A DNA stretch of 43,715 nucleotides, from the IMG/VR virus record IMGVR_UViG_3300020042_010029, positions 1 through 43,715 of that record; one strand, written 5' to 3'. The DNA comes from a virus (taxonomy: Duplodnaviria; Caudoviricetes). The stretch's first letter is position 1. Each line of letters begins with the position of its first letter. The position numbers and the translations under genes were made by a program. The notes under the pieces were generated by a model that had not been told where the DNA came from, ran no database searches, and saw nothing but the letters and a program-made list of their open reading frames with translations. This document shows, piece after piece, positions 27,876-35,895 of this stretch.

Positions 27876-28058
27876 AAATAAGACAACAACGAAATAATTG
27901 TTCTAATTTTCTGCAGCTAAATAAGACAACAACGAAATAATTGTCCTTTTTTCTGCAGCTAAATAAGACAACAACGAAATAATTGTCCTTTTTTCTTCAG
28001 CTAAATCGGACAACAACGAAATAATTGTCCTATTTTTCTGCAGCTAAAAAAGGACAAG
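27876..28058. repeat. Intergenic tandem array, four 42-43 bp units plus a partial unit
   Basis: Units start at 27876, 27919, 27961 and 28003; consensus AAATAAGACAACAACGAAATAATTGTCCTTTTTTCTGCAGCT. Confidence 0.95.
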
Positions 28059-28094
28059 TACAAAATAATTTATAACTTTACAATAAAAACAGCC

Positions 28095-28448
28095 ATGAAA
28101 ATATTAAATTTAAGCCAAATGAAAGGTATTCCAAAGGGAATTACCAAAGGATTCAAGAACGCCTATGTTTGCCAAAACCTTCATCACGTAATTACAGTAA
28201 ATACAAATGACGGCTTTGTTCCTGATAGGATTGTTTGCCCTCAATGTGATACGGATAGTTACTCAATGTCTTTCTTGATTAACCAAGAGTTCCCTGCTGT
28301 TATAGAGTTCTACAAGCCAAGCGAAGCAGAAATGCAAGCGGCTGAACTTAGAATGACTGAAGGACAAGCCAAGGCTCATCGAGATTACATCAATAAAGGT
28401 GGTTTAATCAGCAAACCGATAAAAAAGGAATCGTTAACGGGCAAATAA
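28095..28448 (+). CDS. Hypothetical zinc-ribbon protein, 117 aa
   Basis: YVCQNLH...CPQC. Confidence 0.65.
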   Translation: MKILNLSQMKGIPKGITKGFKNAYVCQNLHHVITVNTNDGFVPDRIVCPQCDTDSYSMSFLINQEFPAVIEFYKPSEAEMQAAELRMTEGQAKAHRDYINKGGLISKPIKKESLTGK

Positions 28449-28467
28449 TCAACTAATAATAAAAACT

Positions 28468-28989
28468 ATGCTAAGAAAAATCACAATTAACAGACAACCG
28501 AGTCAACGAGATTGGACTCTATCAACGTTTACAGCTGACGACGGCTCATTTAAGGGCGTTGGAGTTGAAGACGAAAAACGCAACGTAAAAGTACATGGCG
28601 AAACTCGCATAGACGCTGGACTTTACGAATTAACTTTGACCGATTCGCCAAAGTTCTCAAAGGAATATTATAGGGATGAAGCAGGTAACTTGATGCTAGC
28701 CAAGGATTGGAATATTGCTAACGCAGAAACCAAGCTAAAATACAAATACCCTCATCAAATGATAACCGTAAATGGTGTTAAAAACTTTAGCAGAATCCTT
28801 TGGCATTGGGGCAACGATGATTTAGACACAGAAGGTTGCTACTTGGTAGGCTCAGTATTTGGAAAGTCCAAGAGAAACCGTGATGGTGTAGTTAATTCAC
28901 GCAAAAAATACACAGAAATTTATCCAATAATCTTTAGAGCGTTGAAGGCGTCAAAAGTCTTCGCAGAATATATTGACAATGAACTATAA
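28468..28989 (+). CDS. DUF5675-like putative endolysin
   Basis: VHGETRIDAGLY, SPKF, FSRILWHWGNDDLDTEGCYLVG (HxGN...GC motif). Confidence 0.8.
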   Translation: MLRKITINRQPSQRDWTLSTFTADDGSFKGVGVEDEKRNVKVHGETRIDAGLYELTLTDSPKFSKEYYRDEAGNLMLAKDWNIANAETKLKYKYPHQMITVNGVKNFSRILWHWGNDDLDTEGCYLVGSVFGKSKRNRDGVVNSRKKYTEIYPIIFRALKASKVFAEYIDNEL

Positions 28990-29569
28990 AAAATTAGCTC
29001 TTGGTGTATCAATCCTTGTATTGATATGCTTTGCGATGGTAGTAACCTGCGAAAGTGGTTATTTTAAAGGCAAGAAGGTAGTTAATAGCAACGACGACCT
29101 TCATAAGATTGTCCAAGATAAGATTAATCAAATAGCTGCTGCGGATAGCTCAGAAACTAAACTAAAACAGCGTATTGACACTGTAAAAGTTGAGGTTGAG
29201 AAAGTAGTCACGAAGTACAAAACTGTATTTAAAACAATCTACGCAACCGCACCCGATACTTGCAAACCTTTATTGGATTCTTTAAATAAAGAGCATGAAA
29301 AAGTTGTATCTGTCAAAGATCAACTGCTATTCAAAAAAGATTCCCTGCTTAATTCACACGAATCTAAGGACCAAATGTATAAAGACTTGGTAATATTGAA
29401 AAATTACAGTTTATCACGCTCTCACGACACAATAGTTGGTTTAAATGAAGAACTAAAGTTGAAAGACAAGGTTATTACAAGAACTCGCAGACAAGGAACT
29501 CTAAAAACAATTTTATCATCAGCAGCTTCAGCCATTTTCGGATATGGGGCAGGCAAATTAATACCTTAG
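28979..29569 (+). CDS. Spanin-like membrane-anchored coiled-coil protein
   Basis: N-terminal TM, coiled coil, C-terminal hydrophobic helix; overlaps the lysin gene. Confidence 0.55.
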   Translation: MNYKKLALGVSILVLICFAMVVTCESGYFKGKKVVNSNDDLHKIVQDKINQIAAADSSETKLKQRIDTVKVEVEKVVTKYKTVFKTIYATAPDTCKPLLDSLNKEHEKVVSVKDQLLFKKDSLLNSHESKDQMYKDLVILKNYSLSRSHDTIVGLNEELKLKDKVITRTRRQGTLKTILSSAASAIFGYGAGKLIP

Positions 29570-29571
29570 TT

Positions 29572-29664
29572 ATGCAGGAAATCAAGCGAAGACTTAAAAA
29601 TAAGCAATATCAGTTCGTAGCTTTTGTTGTAATTGCAGTAATATTATTAATCTATTTATCATAA
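29572..29664 (+). CDS. Small single-TM protein, 30 aa (not in the ORF track)
   Basis: MQEIKRRLKNKQYQFVAFVVIAVILLIYLS. Confidence 0.45.
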   Translation: MQEIKRRLKNKQYQFVAFVVIAVILLIYLS

Positions 29665-29668
29665 GAAC

Positions 29669-30037
29669 ATGAAAAAAACAACATTCGAAATACTATTTGG
29701 AAAACTATTAGTGCTATGCTTTGGATTAATGTGGCTAATGGTTGTATTTAAAGCCTTCAACCTATCATTTATGCAGGATTTGAGCTGGGGTACAATATTC
29801 CTTCCTGCTGTATTTTTCACACTAGCGTCAATCACTTACGTCGTTACTTTGTACGCTTTCATCAAGTGGTACAAAATAAAGCCGCCAACGCTCAGTAAAG
29901 ATGCAGAAAACTACATAAAACGATTAGGTCACTTGGATAGGAAGCGACCGCCCTTGACCATAACGAATGCAAAAAAAGCCCTCTTATTATTCATTTCATC
30001 AATCATCGCATACTTAATAACTCAAATATGGTTTTAG
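29669..30037 (+). CDS. Membrane protein, 122 aa
   Basis: Three hydrophobic segments. Confidence 0.65.
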   Translation: MKKTTFEILFGKLLVLCFGLMWLMVVFKAFNLSFMQDLSWGTIFLPAVFFTLASITYVVTLYAFIKWYKIKPPTLSKDAENYIKRLGHLDRKRPPLTITNAKKALLLFISSIIAYLITQIWF

Positions 30038-30462
30038 ATTACAGTAAAATACAAGAACTAATTGAAGAAGTACAAACTAGCCAAGCAGCCCTTGATAGAT
30101 TGCAGAAAATGGCGTTTAAATTGTCTCAGTCAAACTCTAATCTTGAATTGGGTATACGGTTGAAAGAGGTAAAGAAAGTCTCAGAAACGCCAAAATATAA
30201 AGCCCCTGATACTGTAATCTTTCACGGGGACTCGTTAACGAATATAAATGATATTTATAGCAATATAAACAGAATGTATCAGGAATCCTCAGATAGTATT
30301 GACATTGAAGAAGCAGAAGTATCTAACGAACTTGGACTACTCATGCTTGGAACAATGAAGCGCCATTACCAAGCAATTAAGACAAGAGCTGAACGAGAAT
30401 TGAAATTGTATTTGGTTGAGAATAAAGAGATAAACAAGAGAGGGTTGAAACTTTCTTTGTAA
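30028..30462 (+). CDS. Hypothetical protein, 144 aa
   Basis: Overlapping ORF. Confidence 0.65.
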   Translation: MVLDYSKIQELIEEVQTSQAALDRLQKMAFKLSQSNSNLELGIRLKEVKKVSETPKYKAPDTVIFHGDSLTNINDIYSNINRMYQESSDSIDIEEAEVSNELGLLMLGTMKRHYQAIKTRAERELKLYLVENKEINKRGLKLSL

Positions 30463-30554
30463 TATCAACAAAAAATAATAGATTTGAACTGCGGTTCACT
30501 CTACGACTTAACAGTCCCCAAGGTTTATAGGTTGCCACCATTAAATTCCGCATT

Positions 30555-30590
30555 AAAAAGCCAGCTCTCACAAAGGGTTGGTTTTTTTTT
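30555..30590 (+). terminator. Rho-independent terminator
   Basis: AAAAAGCCAGCTCT-caca-AAGGGTTGG then T9 (stem with G-U pairs). Confidence 0.75.
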
Positions 30591-30604
30591 ATGGATAAAA
30601 GCTA

Positions 30605-30612
30605 TATATTTG
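30605..30612 (+). promoter_or_regulatory. Promoter -7 element of the DNA-modification operon
   Basis: TATATTTG right after a terminator, 17 nt before ATG 30630. Confidence 0.55.
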
Positions 30613-30629
30613 TTGTAAAAAACAACATC

Positions 30630-31241
30630 ATGGCTAAAAAATCAACACCGCTTGCATGGGAAACCGTGAAGAAAACAATCAACGAACTTAACTTGTTAGA
30701 GATTAACCCAAGAAAAATCACTGACGAGAAAAGAGCAGCACTCCAACGCTCATTAGAGAAATTCAACTTAGTTGAGATTCCAACGATAAACATTGACGAT
30801 ACAGTCATTTCAGGTAACCAACGCTTGGCCATTATGAAGGCTTTGGGCAGAGGTGAAGAAATTATCGAAGTTCGCATCCCCAACAGAAAATTAACAGAGC
30901 AAGAGCTCAAAGAGTATGTACTTATTGCCAATACCCACGCAGGAACGTTCGACGTTGACATGCTAGATGCAGAATTTGCCGACGTAACAATCGAATTTGA
31001 AGTGCCGTTTGTAGACGAGGTTGAGAAGCCTAGCAATAAAGTGCATTTACTCAACAACGAGAACCTTGAAGAAGAATTGTACGGCTTTAAAGGTGGTTTA
31101 CGCAAGGCTTTACAAATAGAGTTCGAAATGGAAGACTATGAAACTGCCGCAAACCTTGTAAAAGCATGCAGAGAGAAAGACTTGTATATTGGCAAGCTAC
31201 TTATTGAAAAACTCACAGAAGTAAAAGAACAAAACTCTTAG
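30630..31241 (+). CDS. ParB/Srx-like N-terminal domain protein
   Basis: INPRKIT...LQRSLEKFNLVEIPTINIDDTVISGNQRL...LIAN; probable start MAKK at 30630. Confidence 0.85.
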   Translation: MAKKSTPLAWETVKKTINELNLLEINPRKITDEKRAALQRSLEKFNLVEIPTINIDDTVISGNQRLAIMKALGRGEEIIEVRIPNRKLTEQELKEYVLIANTHAGTFDVDMLDAEFADVTIEFEVPFVDEVEKPSNKVHLLNNENLEEELYGFKGGLRKALQIEFEMEDYETAANLVKACREKDLYIGKLLIEKLTEVKEQNS

Positions 31242-31242
31242 T

Positions 31243-31836
31243 ATGTGTGCTATTATTGGCTTTAAAGGCGAATACGATAGTTCGTTATTACGCCCTATTT
31301 TTGATAACAGTAGAATCAGAGGTATACACGCTTTTGGTTATTCCTTCTATTTAGATGGTGTCCTGACCACAAAGAAATTCCTTAAATACACGGAATTTGT
31401 GGACTCTATTGATTCCGACAAACCCAATTTATTCATCGCTCACTTTAGATACAGCACTAGTGGCGATTATATGACCATCTGTAATAATCAGCCTTTAACT
31501 AAGAAGGATTTTTCAATAGCTTTCAATGGTGTAATTAGCCAAAAAACTATGAAGGAAATGGAGCAGGAATTCAAGATAAAGCTGCCTGCAGACAACGACG
31601 GCTTCATATTGATGGAAAAATATGAGGACTTGGAATTTATATCCAATCCAAAGTACAGCTTCGCAATGATCGGGTTGGTAGGTGGCGAACTAATTGCCAT
31701 ACGCAACAATAATCGACCGATGTGGATAAGCGATATTGGTGTAAATACTGTTATTTGCAGTACCAAGGATATATTTAACCGCTCAGGAATACAACAAGCA
31801 TCTGAAGTTCAACCTTTAATTATATTGAAATGCTAA
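31243..31836 (+). CDS. Stand-alone class II (Ntn) glutamine amidotransferase domain
   Basis: N-terminal MCAIIG (catalytic Cys), AHFRYSTSG, NNQP, FNGVI, and R...RPMW motifs as in GlmS/PurF glutaminase domains. Confidence 0.85.
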   Translation: MCAIIGFKGEYDSSLLRPIFDNSRIRGIHAFGYSFYLDGVLTTKKFLKYTEFVDSIDSDKPNLFIAHFRYSTSGDYMTICNNQPLTKKDFSIAFNGVISQKTMKEMEQEFKIKLPADNDGFILMEKYEDLEFISNPKYSFAMIGLVGGELIAIRNNNRPMWISDIGVNTVICSTKDIFNRSGIQQASEVQPLIILKC

Positions 31837-32651
31837 CATATTTAGAGTATCACAACCAAAGTATGGCTGCGAAGGATGTGGACCCGTCAGTTATTTGTCT
31901 CAACTACCTGGCAGAACGCTATGAATTGAATTTAGAGCAACGGTATTGGTTGGCTTTCTTGTACGGAACGTGCTATTGTGCTCCAACCGTGTTTTATATT
32001 TACAACGAGTTCCCTGACTTTGAAACGGTTGATGTGCCTAGATTGGAGTTTTGGTGGAACGAAAATAAACATAAGCTGATTTTCCAAACAGATAGGCAGA
32101 GAATCAAGTCCAACAATCAGTTCGTTGAGTGCTTTATCAGCTATAAAGCCCTTATCAAGACTACTCAACAAGCATATTTCGCAAGCAATAATTGGACTGA
32201 GATATACGCAAAGATTGAAAAAATCAAGTACTTTGGCAGATTCTCACTATTCAATTACTTGGACGTATTGAACGGAATAACGGACGTAACCATCAAGCCG
32301 CCATATTTAAACATGAACGAAGCAGAGAGCTGCCGGAACGGTGTTGCCTTTTCCATGGAAAGGATAGATTTGGTTGACAAAAAGCTCAATAAAGATGAGT
32401 TAATCCTGCTACATCGTGAGTTTATACGCTTGTTAAATTCAGGTATTGGCAACGTCTTCCAAATAGAAACCACACTATGCGCATATAAAAAGTATAGGTT
32501 GAGTAAACGGTATGTTGGATTCTACATTGAACGAATGAGAAAAGAAATTGTAAAAATGCAGGAAGACATCAGAGAAGGCATTTATTGGGACGTCCTTTGG
32601 CAGTTTAGACAAGAAACTTTTGACGTAAAATATCTAAAAGAGCATGAATAA
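31830..32651 (+). CDS. aGPT-PPlase / amino-acid:DNA transferase-like protein (HhH-glycosylase-related fold)
   Basis: EQRYWLAFLYGTCY, FQTDR, IKYFGRFSLFNYLD (HhH-like), IETTLCAYKK, RYVGFYIER. Confidence 0.72.
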   Translation: MLTYLEYHNQSMAAKDVDPSVICLNYLAERYELNLEQRYWLAFLYGTCYCAPTVFYIYNEFPDFETVDVPRLEFWWNENKHKLIFQTDRQRIKSNNQFVECFISYKALIKTTQQAYFASNNWTEIYAKIEKIKYFGRFSLFNYLDVLNGITDVTIKPPYLNMNEAESCRNGVAFSMERIDLVDKKLNKDELILLHREFIRLLNSGIGNVFQIETTLCAYKKYRLSKRYVGFYIERMRKEIVKMQEDIREGIYWDVLWQFRQETFDVKYLKEHE

Positions 32652-33168
32652 TGTATTTTTCATAGTTGGTAATTACGGGGTTGGAAAGTCTACTGTAATA
32701 AAAGAGCCTATTATATCTCAGGAAGGTTTATTCATCAAGATTAAGCCAAATTTGTACGTCCTTGGCACCGATATTTGTGGGGCTGATAGTTTGTCCACCT
32801 ACAAAAAAGCCTTCGTTATGCGCCAAGTATTGCGTAATAAAGACAAGAACATTATAATTACAGGCAACTACTATACGCAGCAAACCGATATACTACAACT
32901 TTACGGGCATTTTAACTTAGTATTGATATATCTTGACACTAGCTTCAAGGAAAATGCTAAACGCATCGCATATCGGGACAAAGTTATCAATATAGATACC
33001 TACAACTCAAAGCTAAAACTCCACCACGCACTCATAAAGAAGACTAAAGGCTACAGAAAATTGTTTGTAATCGACAACGATCAACCTGCAGCTGAAGTAA
33101 AAAAACATGTATTTAACATTATAAACGATGAAACGAATAGAGCTAATTCAAGTACCTCACAACTATAA
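32644..33168 (+). CDS. P-loop kinase, 5-hydroxymethyluracil-DNA-kinase-like
   Basis: Walker A GNYGVGKST, YVLG...GADSLS, lid arginines RIAYR; located between the transferase-like and dioxygenase genes. Confidence 0.7.
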   Translation: MNNVFFIVGNYGVGKSTVIKEPIISQEGLFIKIKPNLYVLGTDICGADSLSTYKKAFVMRQVLRNKDKNIIITGNYYTQQTDILQLYGHFNLVLIYLDTSFKENAKRIAYRDKVINIDTYNSKLKLHHALIKKTKGYRKLFVIDNDQPAAEVKKHVFNIINDETNRANSSTSQL

Positions 33169-33907
33169 AGTGGGTGATGTTTGCGGTCCAATTGAACCGA
33201 ATGTAACTGAAGATTGTATCTTTGCCGAAAATGGTGAGGACGTTGGTTTTTATATCCGAAATATAAAAGAACACTCGCAAAAGTTGTTCGACTTTGTTGA
33301 GATAGCCAATAAAGAGTTCCGAAGCAAAAGAGTACCCAAGTCCCCGATGAACAGAACGAGTGGCGAAATCGGACATTCAGAGAAGGTTCAGCAATATTCT
33401 ACAATACTTGGCTCAGTTCCACCACGGGCTCACATGAGAAGACCATATCCAAGTATTTCAAGCGTCCATCAGCACCAATCAGCTGAAACATTTGTTAAAG
33501 CGATGTTGTTAGTCTGCAGGGAATCTGAAGAACTAATCTTGAAGTATACACCCGAAATATACAAGCGTCAACTTGAAATCATTGAAGAAACAACAGCAAA
33601 GCAATGGAGATTCGGCAAATTGTTTACTAGCTCAATTAGCAACTTTAACATAGCAGCTTCTTTCCATACCGATAAAGCAAACCTACAAGGCTGCGTAAAC
33701 GTAATACTTGCAAAAAGACATCACGCTAAAGGCGGCAATACAACCGTGCCTGATTATAATGCTACAATGGATAGCTGCGACAACTCAATGCTTGTATATC
33801 CTGCTTGGAGAAACCTTCACGCCGTTACTCCAATAGAGCCTACACAAAAGGGCGGCTACAGAAATAGCTTAGTGTTCTATCCGCTCAAAGCTTTCAAAGG
33901 GCTATAA
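33128..33907 (+). CDS. TET/JBP-family 2OG-Fe(II) dioxygenase
   Basis: FTSSISNFN...FHTDKAN (HxD), NLHAVTP (distal His), RNSLVFY (2OG-binding Arg, Rx5Y). Confidence 0.85.
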   Translation: MKRIELIQVPHNYKVGDVCGPIEPNVTEDCIFAENGEDVGFYIRNIKEHSQKLFDFVEIANKEFRSKRVPKSPMNRTSGEIGHSEKVQQYSTILGSVPPRAHMRRPYPSISSVHQHQSAETFVKAMLLVCRESEELILKYTPEIYKRQLEIIEETTAKQWRFGKLFTSSISNFNIAASFHTDKANLQGCVNVILAKRHHAKGGNTTVPDYNATMDSCDNSMLVYPAWRNLHAVTPIEPTQKGGYRNSLVFYPLKAFKGL

Positions 33908-33968
33908 CATAAATAACCAGGTATTACAACAATTCGGAACTTAAAAATAATTTAACTACCTTCGTTAT

Positions 33969-34472
33969 ATGAAACACGAACATAAGTTATGGGCAAATCA
34001 CATTATAAGTGGGAAGACACCCGTTGACGCTGCGTTACTTGTGTGGACTAACATAGCAAGAAAGACAGCCTTCAATCGGGCAGGCATATTAGGGAAGGAT
34101 TCGGGAATACAAAACTATATTCGGGAACAACGTGAAAAAATAGCCAATAAAACGTCAGAAACTTTAGCAGACGAACTTTCTAAGGGTGAGGTGGGTATTT
34201 TATTGGACTCAATAGCAAAGCGTCAGATTTTGGCTAAAATTGCGTCAGGAACGTATGAGACAGAAAAATTGGTAATGGTTAACGGCTCACCCAAGAAAAT
34301 CAAGATTAAGCCCGATTTTGCCGACATCATCCGAGCTATTGAATTAGACAACAGAATGAGCGGCGATTTATTCCTTCCAAAAGAGAATAAGGCAAGTAAA
34401 GCAGATGAAGTAACAAGAGTAGTAATTGTGGAAGATACAACAGAACCTAATGCAAACAACGGTAACGATTAG
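33969..34472 (+). CDS. terS: Terminase small subunit
   Basis: N-terminal HTH-like region, IQNYI, RQILAKIA, RAIELDNRMSG; overlaps terL. Confidence 0.75.
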   Translation: MKHEHKLWANHIISGKTPVDAALLVWTNIARKTAFNRAGILGKDSGIQNYIREQREKIANKTSETLADELSKGEVGILLDSIAKRQILAKIASGTYETEKLVMVNGSPKKIKIKPDFADIIRAIELDNRMSGDLFLPKENKASKADEVTRVVIVEDTTEPNANNGND

Positions 34473-35688
34473 TAAACCAAAGCCCCACACGGGACAAGTA
34501 TTGGTTATTCAAGGATTTAAGAGATTTAATGTTGTAGCCAATGGCAGACGTTGGGGCAAGACTCAACTCGCAATTAAGTTAGCCATGGAAACCATGATCG
34601 CAGGAAGTCCCGTTGGTTATTTTGTGCCTACGTTTGACTTTGCTGAGGAGTTTTGGGAAGAAATGAAGGAACGGTTGGAACCTATAACAACCTACAAGTC
34701 CGAATCCAAGATGACAATCAGATTGTCCACGGGCGGCTCATTAAAAGTGTGGTCGCTAGAGAAGAAACGGGCAGGACGTTCGCGAAAGTACAAGAGAGTC
34801 ATTGTCGATGAAGCAGCCTTCTCTAAGGACTTGCGAGAGTCATGGGAACGGGCTATAAGACCAACGTTGACTGACTTATCGGGTGACGCTTTCTTTCTAT
34901 CATCACCCGTATTTGGAGCGTATTTTCAAGAGCTTGCAGAAAACAGCAGGAAGTACCCCAATTGGGCTACATTCCAAATGGCTACAAGTACTAATCCGTA
35001 CATATCAGCTAAGGAATTGGCAGAGATTAAAAGCCAGCTTGACCCTTACACTTGGCGCCAAGAATTTGAAGCAGAATTTGTCAACTTAACGGGCAAAGCC
35101 TTTGCTTATTGCTTCGAACGTAGCAAGCATATAGTAGATTATGGCGTACCCAAAAAGAACTTGCCCGTGTACCTATCTTTTGACTTTAACGTTGACCCAA
35201 TAACTTGTATTGCTTCTCAGCACGCTGAAGATAACAGCTACATTTATACGTTCGTTGAGTTTAGATTGGAGTCTTCTGACATTTGGAAGCTCTGCGACGC
35301 AATAAAGACAAAGCTTGACGGCTTCTACTTTTTTGTAACGGGTGACGCTAGTGGTAAGAACCGCTCAGCGATGACAAAGGATGGTATGAATTACTACACG
35401 ATAATTGCCAACGAGCTTGATTTGGTTCCTCAGCAATTCAACGTACCTGCAGCGAATCCATTAGTTAAGAACAGCCGTATATTATGTAACTCCATGCTAT
35501 ACAGGCATCCGAAAGTTATGATTCATCCAAGGTGTGAGTATCTCATCAAGGATATTGAATTTGTTCAGGTAAAAGACAACGGGGACATAGATAAAGATAC
35601 TAACAAATCATTAACGCATTTACTAGACACTTGGAGATACTATTTGAATACGTACTTTAGTGACTTTATCAAGCTTCGCTCAAATTAA
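34450..35688 (+). CDS. terL: Terminase large subunit
   Basis: PHTGQ, GRRWGKT (Walker A), IVDEAAF (Walker B), QEFEAEF, DFNVDP, GDASG, HLLDTWRY. Confidence 0.95.
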   Translation: MQTTVTISKPKPHTGQVLVIQGFKRFNVVANGRRWGKTQLAIKLAMETMIAGSPVGYFVPTFDFAEEFWEEMKERLEPITTYKSESKMTIRLSTGGSLKVWSLEKKRAGRSRKYKRVIVDEAAFSKDLRESWERAIRPTLTDLSGDAFFLSSPVFGAYFQELAENSRKYPNWATFQMATSTNPYISAKELAEIKSQLDPYTWRQEFEAEFVNLTGKAFAYCFERSKHIVDYGVPKKNLPVYLSFDFNVDPITCIASQHAEDNSYIYTFVEFRLESSDIWKLCDAIKTKLDGFYFFVTGDASGKNRSAMTKDGMNYYTIIANELDLVPQQFNVPAANPLVKNSRILCNSMLYRHPKVMIHPRCEYLIKDIEFVQVKDNGDIDKDTNKSLTHLLDTWRYYLNTYFSDFIKLRSN

Positions 35689-35689
35689 T

Positions 35690-35720
35690 TTTGTAGATAT
35701 TGATAAAATCATTACATTTG
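35690..35720 (+). promoter_or_regulatory. Consensus Bacteroidota promoter for the tRNA
   Basis: TTTG (35690-35693), 19-nt spacer, TACATTTG (35713-35720). Confidence 0.75.
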
Positions 35721-35723
35721 AGT

Positions 35724-35795
35724 CGTGGGGTAGAGCAGAGGCAGCTCGCTTGGCTCATACCCAAGACGTCGGTGGTTCGAATCCATCCCCCGCAA
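35724..35795 (+). tRNA. tRNA-Met(CAT), initiator type; CCA not encoded
   Basis: Acceptor CGTGGGG/CCCCGCA with C1:A72 mismatch; D stem GAGC/GCTC (A11:U24); anticodon arm CTTGG-CTCATAC-CCAAG; T arm GGTGG-TTCGAAT-CCATC. Confidence 0.93.
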
Positions 35796-35834
35796 CGAAA
35801 GTTAAGGGTTAACTTTTTTTAGTTAGTAAAGATT

Positions 35835-35861
35835 GGCTTGCAGGAATGTAAGCCTTTTTTT
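35835..35861 (+). terminator. Terminator after the tRNA
   Basis: GGCTTGCA-ggaa-TGTAAGCC plus T7. Confidence 0.8.
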
Positions 35862-35863
35862 AT

Positions 35864-35871
35864 TACATTTG
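35864..35871 (+). promoter_or_regulatory. Promoter -7 element of the tail operon
   Basis: TACATTTG 24 nt upstream of ATG 35896. Confidence 0.55.
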
Positions 35872-35895
35872 CTACAACTAAAAAACAACCCTTAT

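Noticed and set aside
27876-28058. Tandem array as a CRISPR array
   Set aside because: Units are contiguous and near-identical with no unique spacers; no cas genes
30630-31241. ParB as a plasmid-prophage partition system
   Set aside because: No ParA, no evident HTH; context is modification and terminase genes
31243-31836. Glutaminase as part of 7-deazaguanine (Gat-QueC) synthesis or as GlmS/PurF/AsnB
   Set aside because: No QueC, QueD, QueE, FolE or DpdA recognised and no fused synthase domain
33128-33907. TET acting in a 5mC/5hmC cytosine pathway
   Set aside because: No C5 methyltransferase (PCQ/ENV motifs) recognised, and neighbours are thymine-hypermodification-type enzymes; use of host-made 5mC is not fully excluded
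35724-35795. tRNA as Ile2 (lysidine) or elongator Met, or as an integration site
   Set aside because: C1:A72 and A11:U24 indicate initiator type; no integrase or duplicated tRNA 3' end seen
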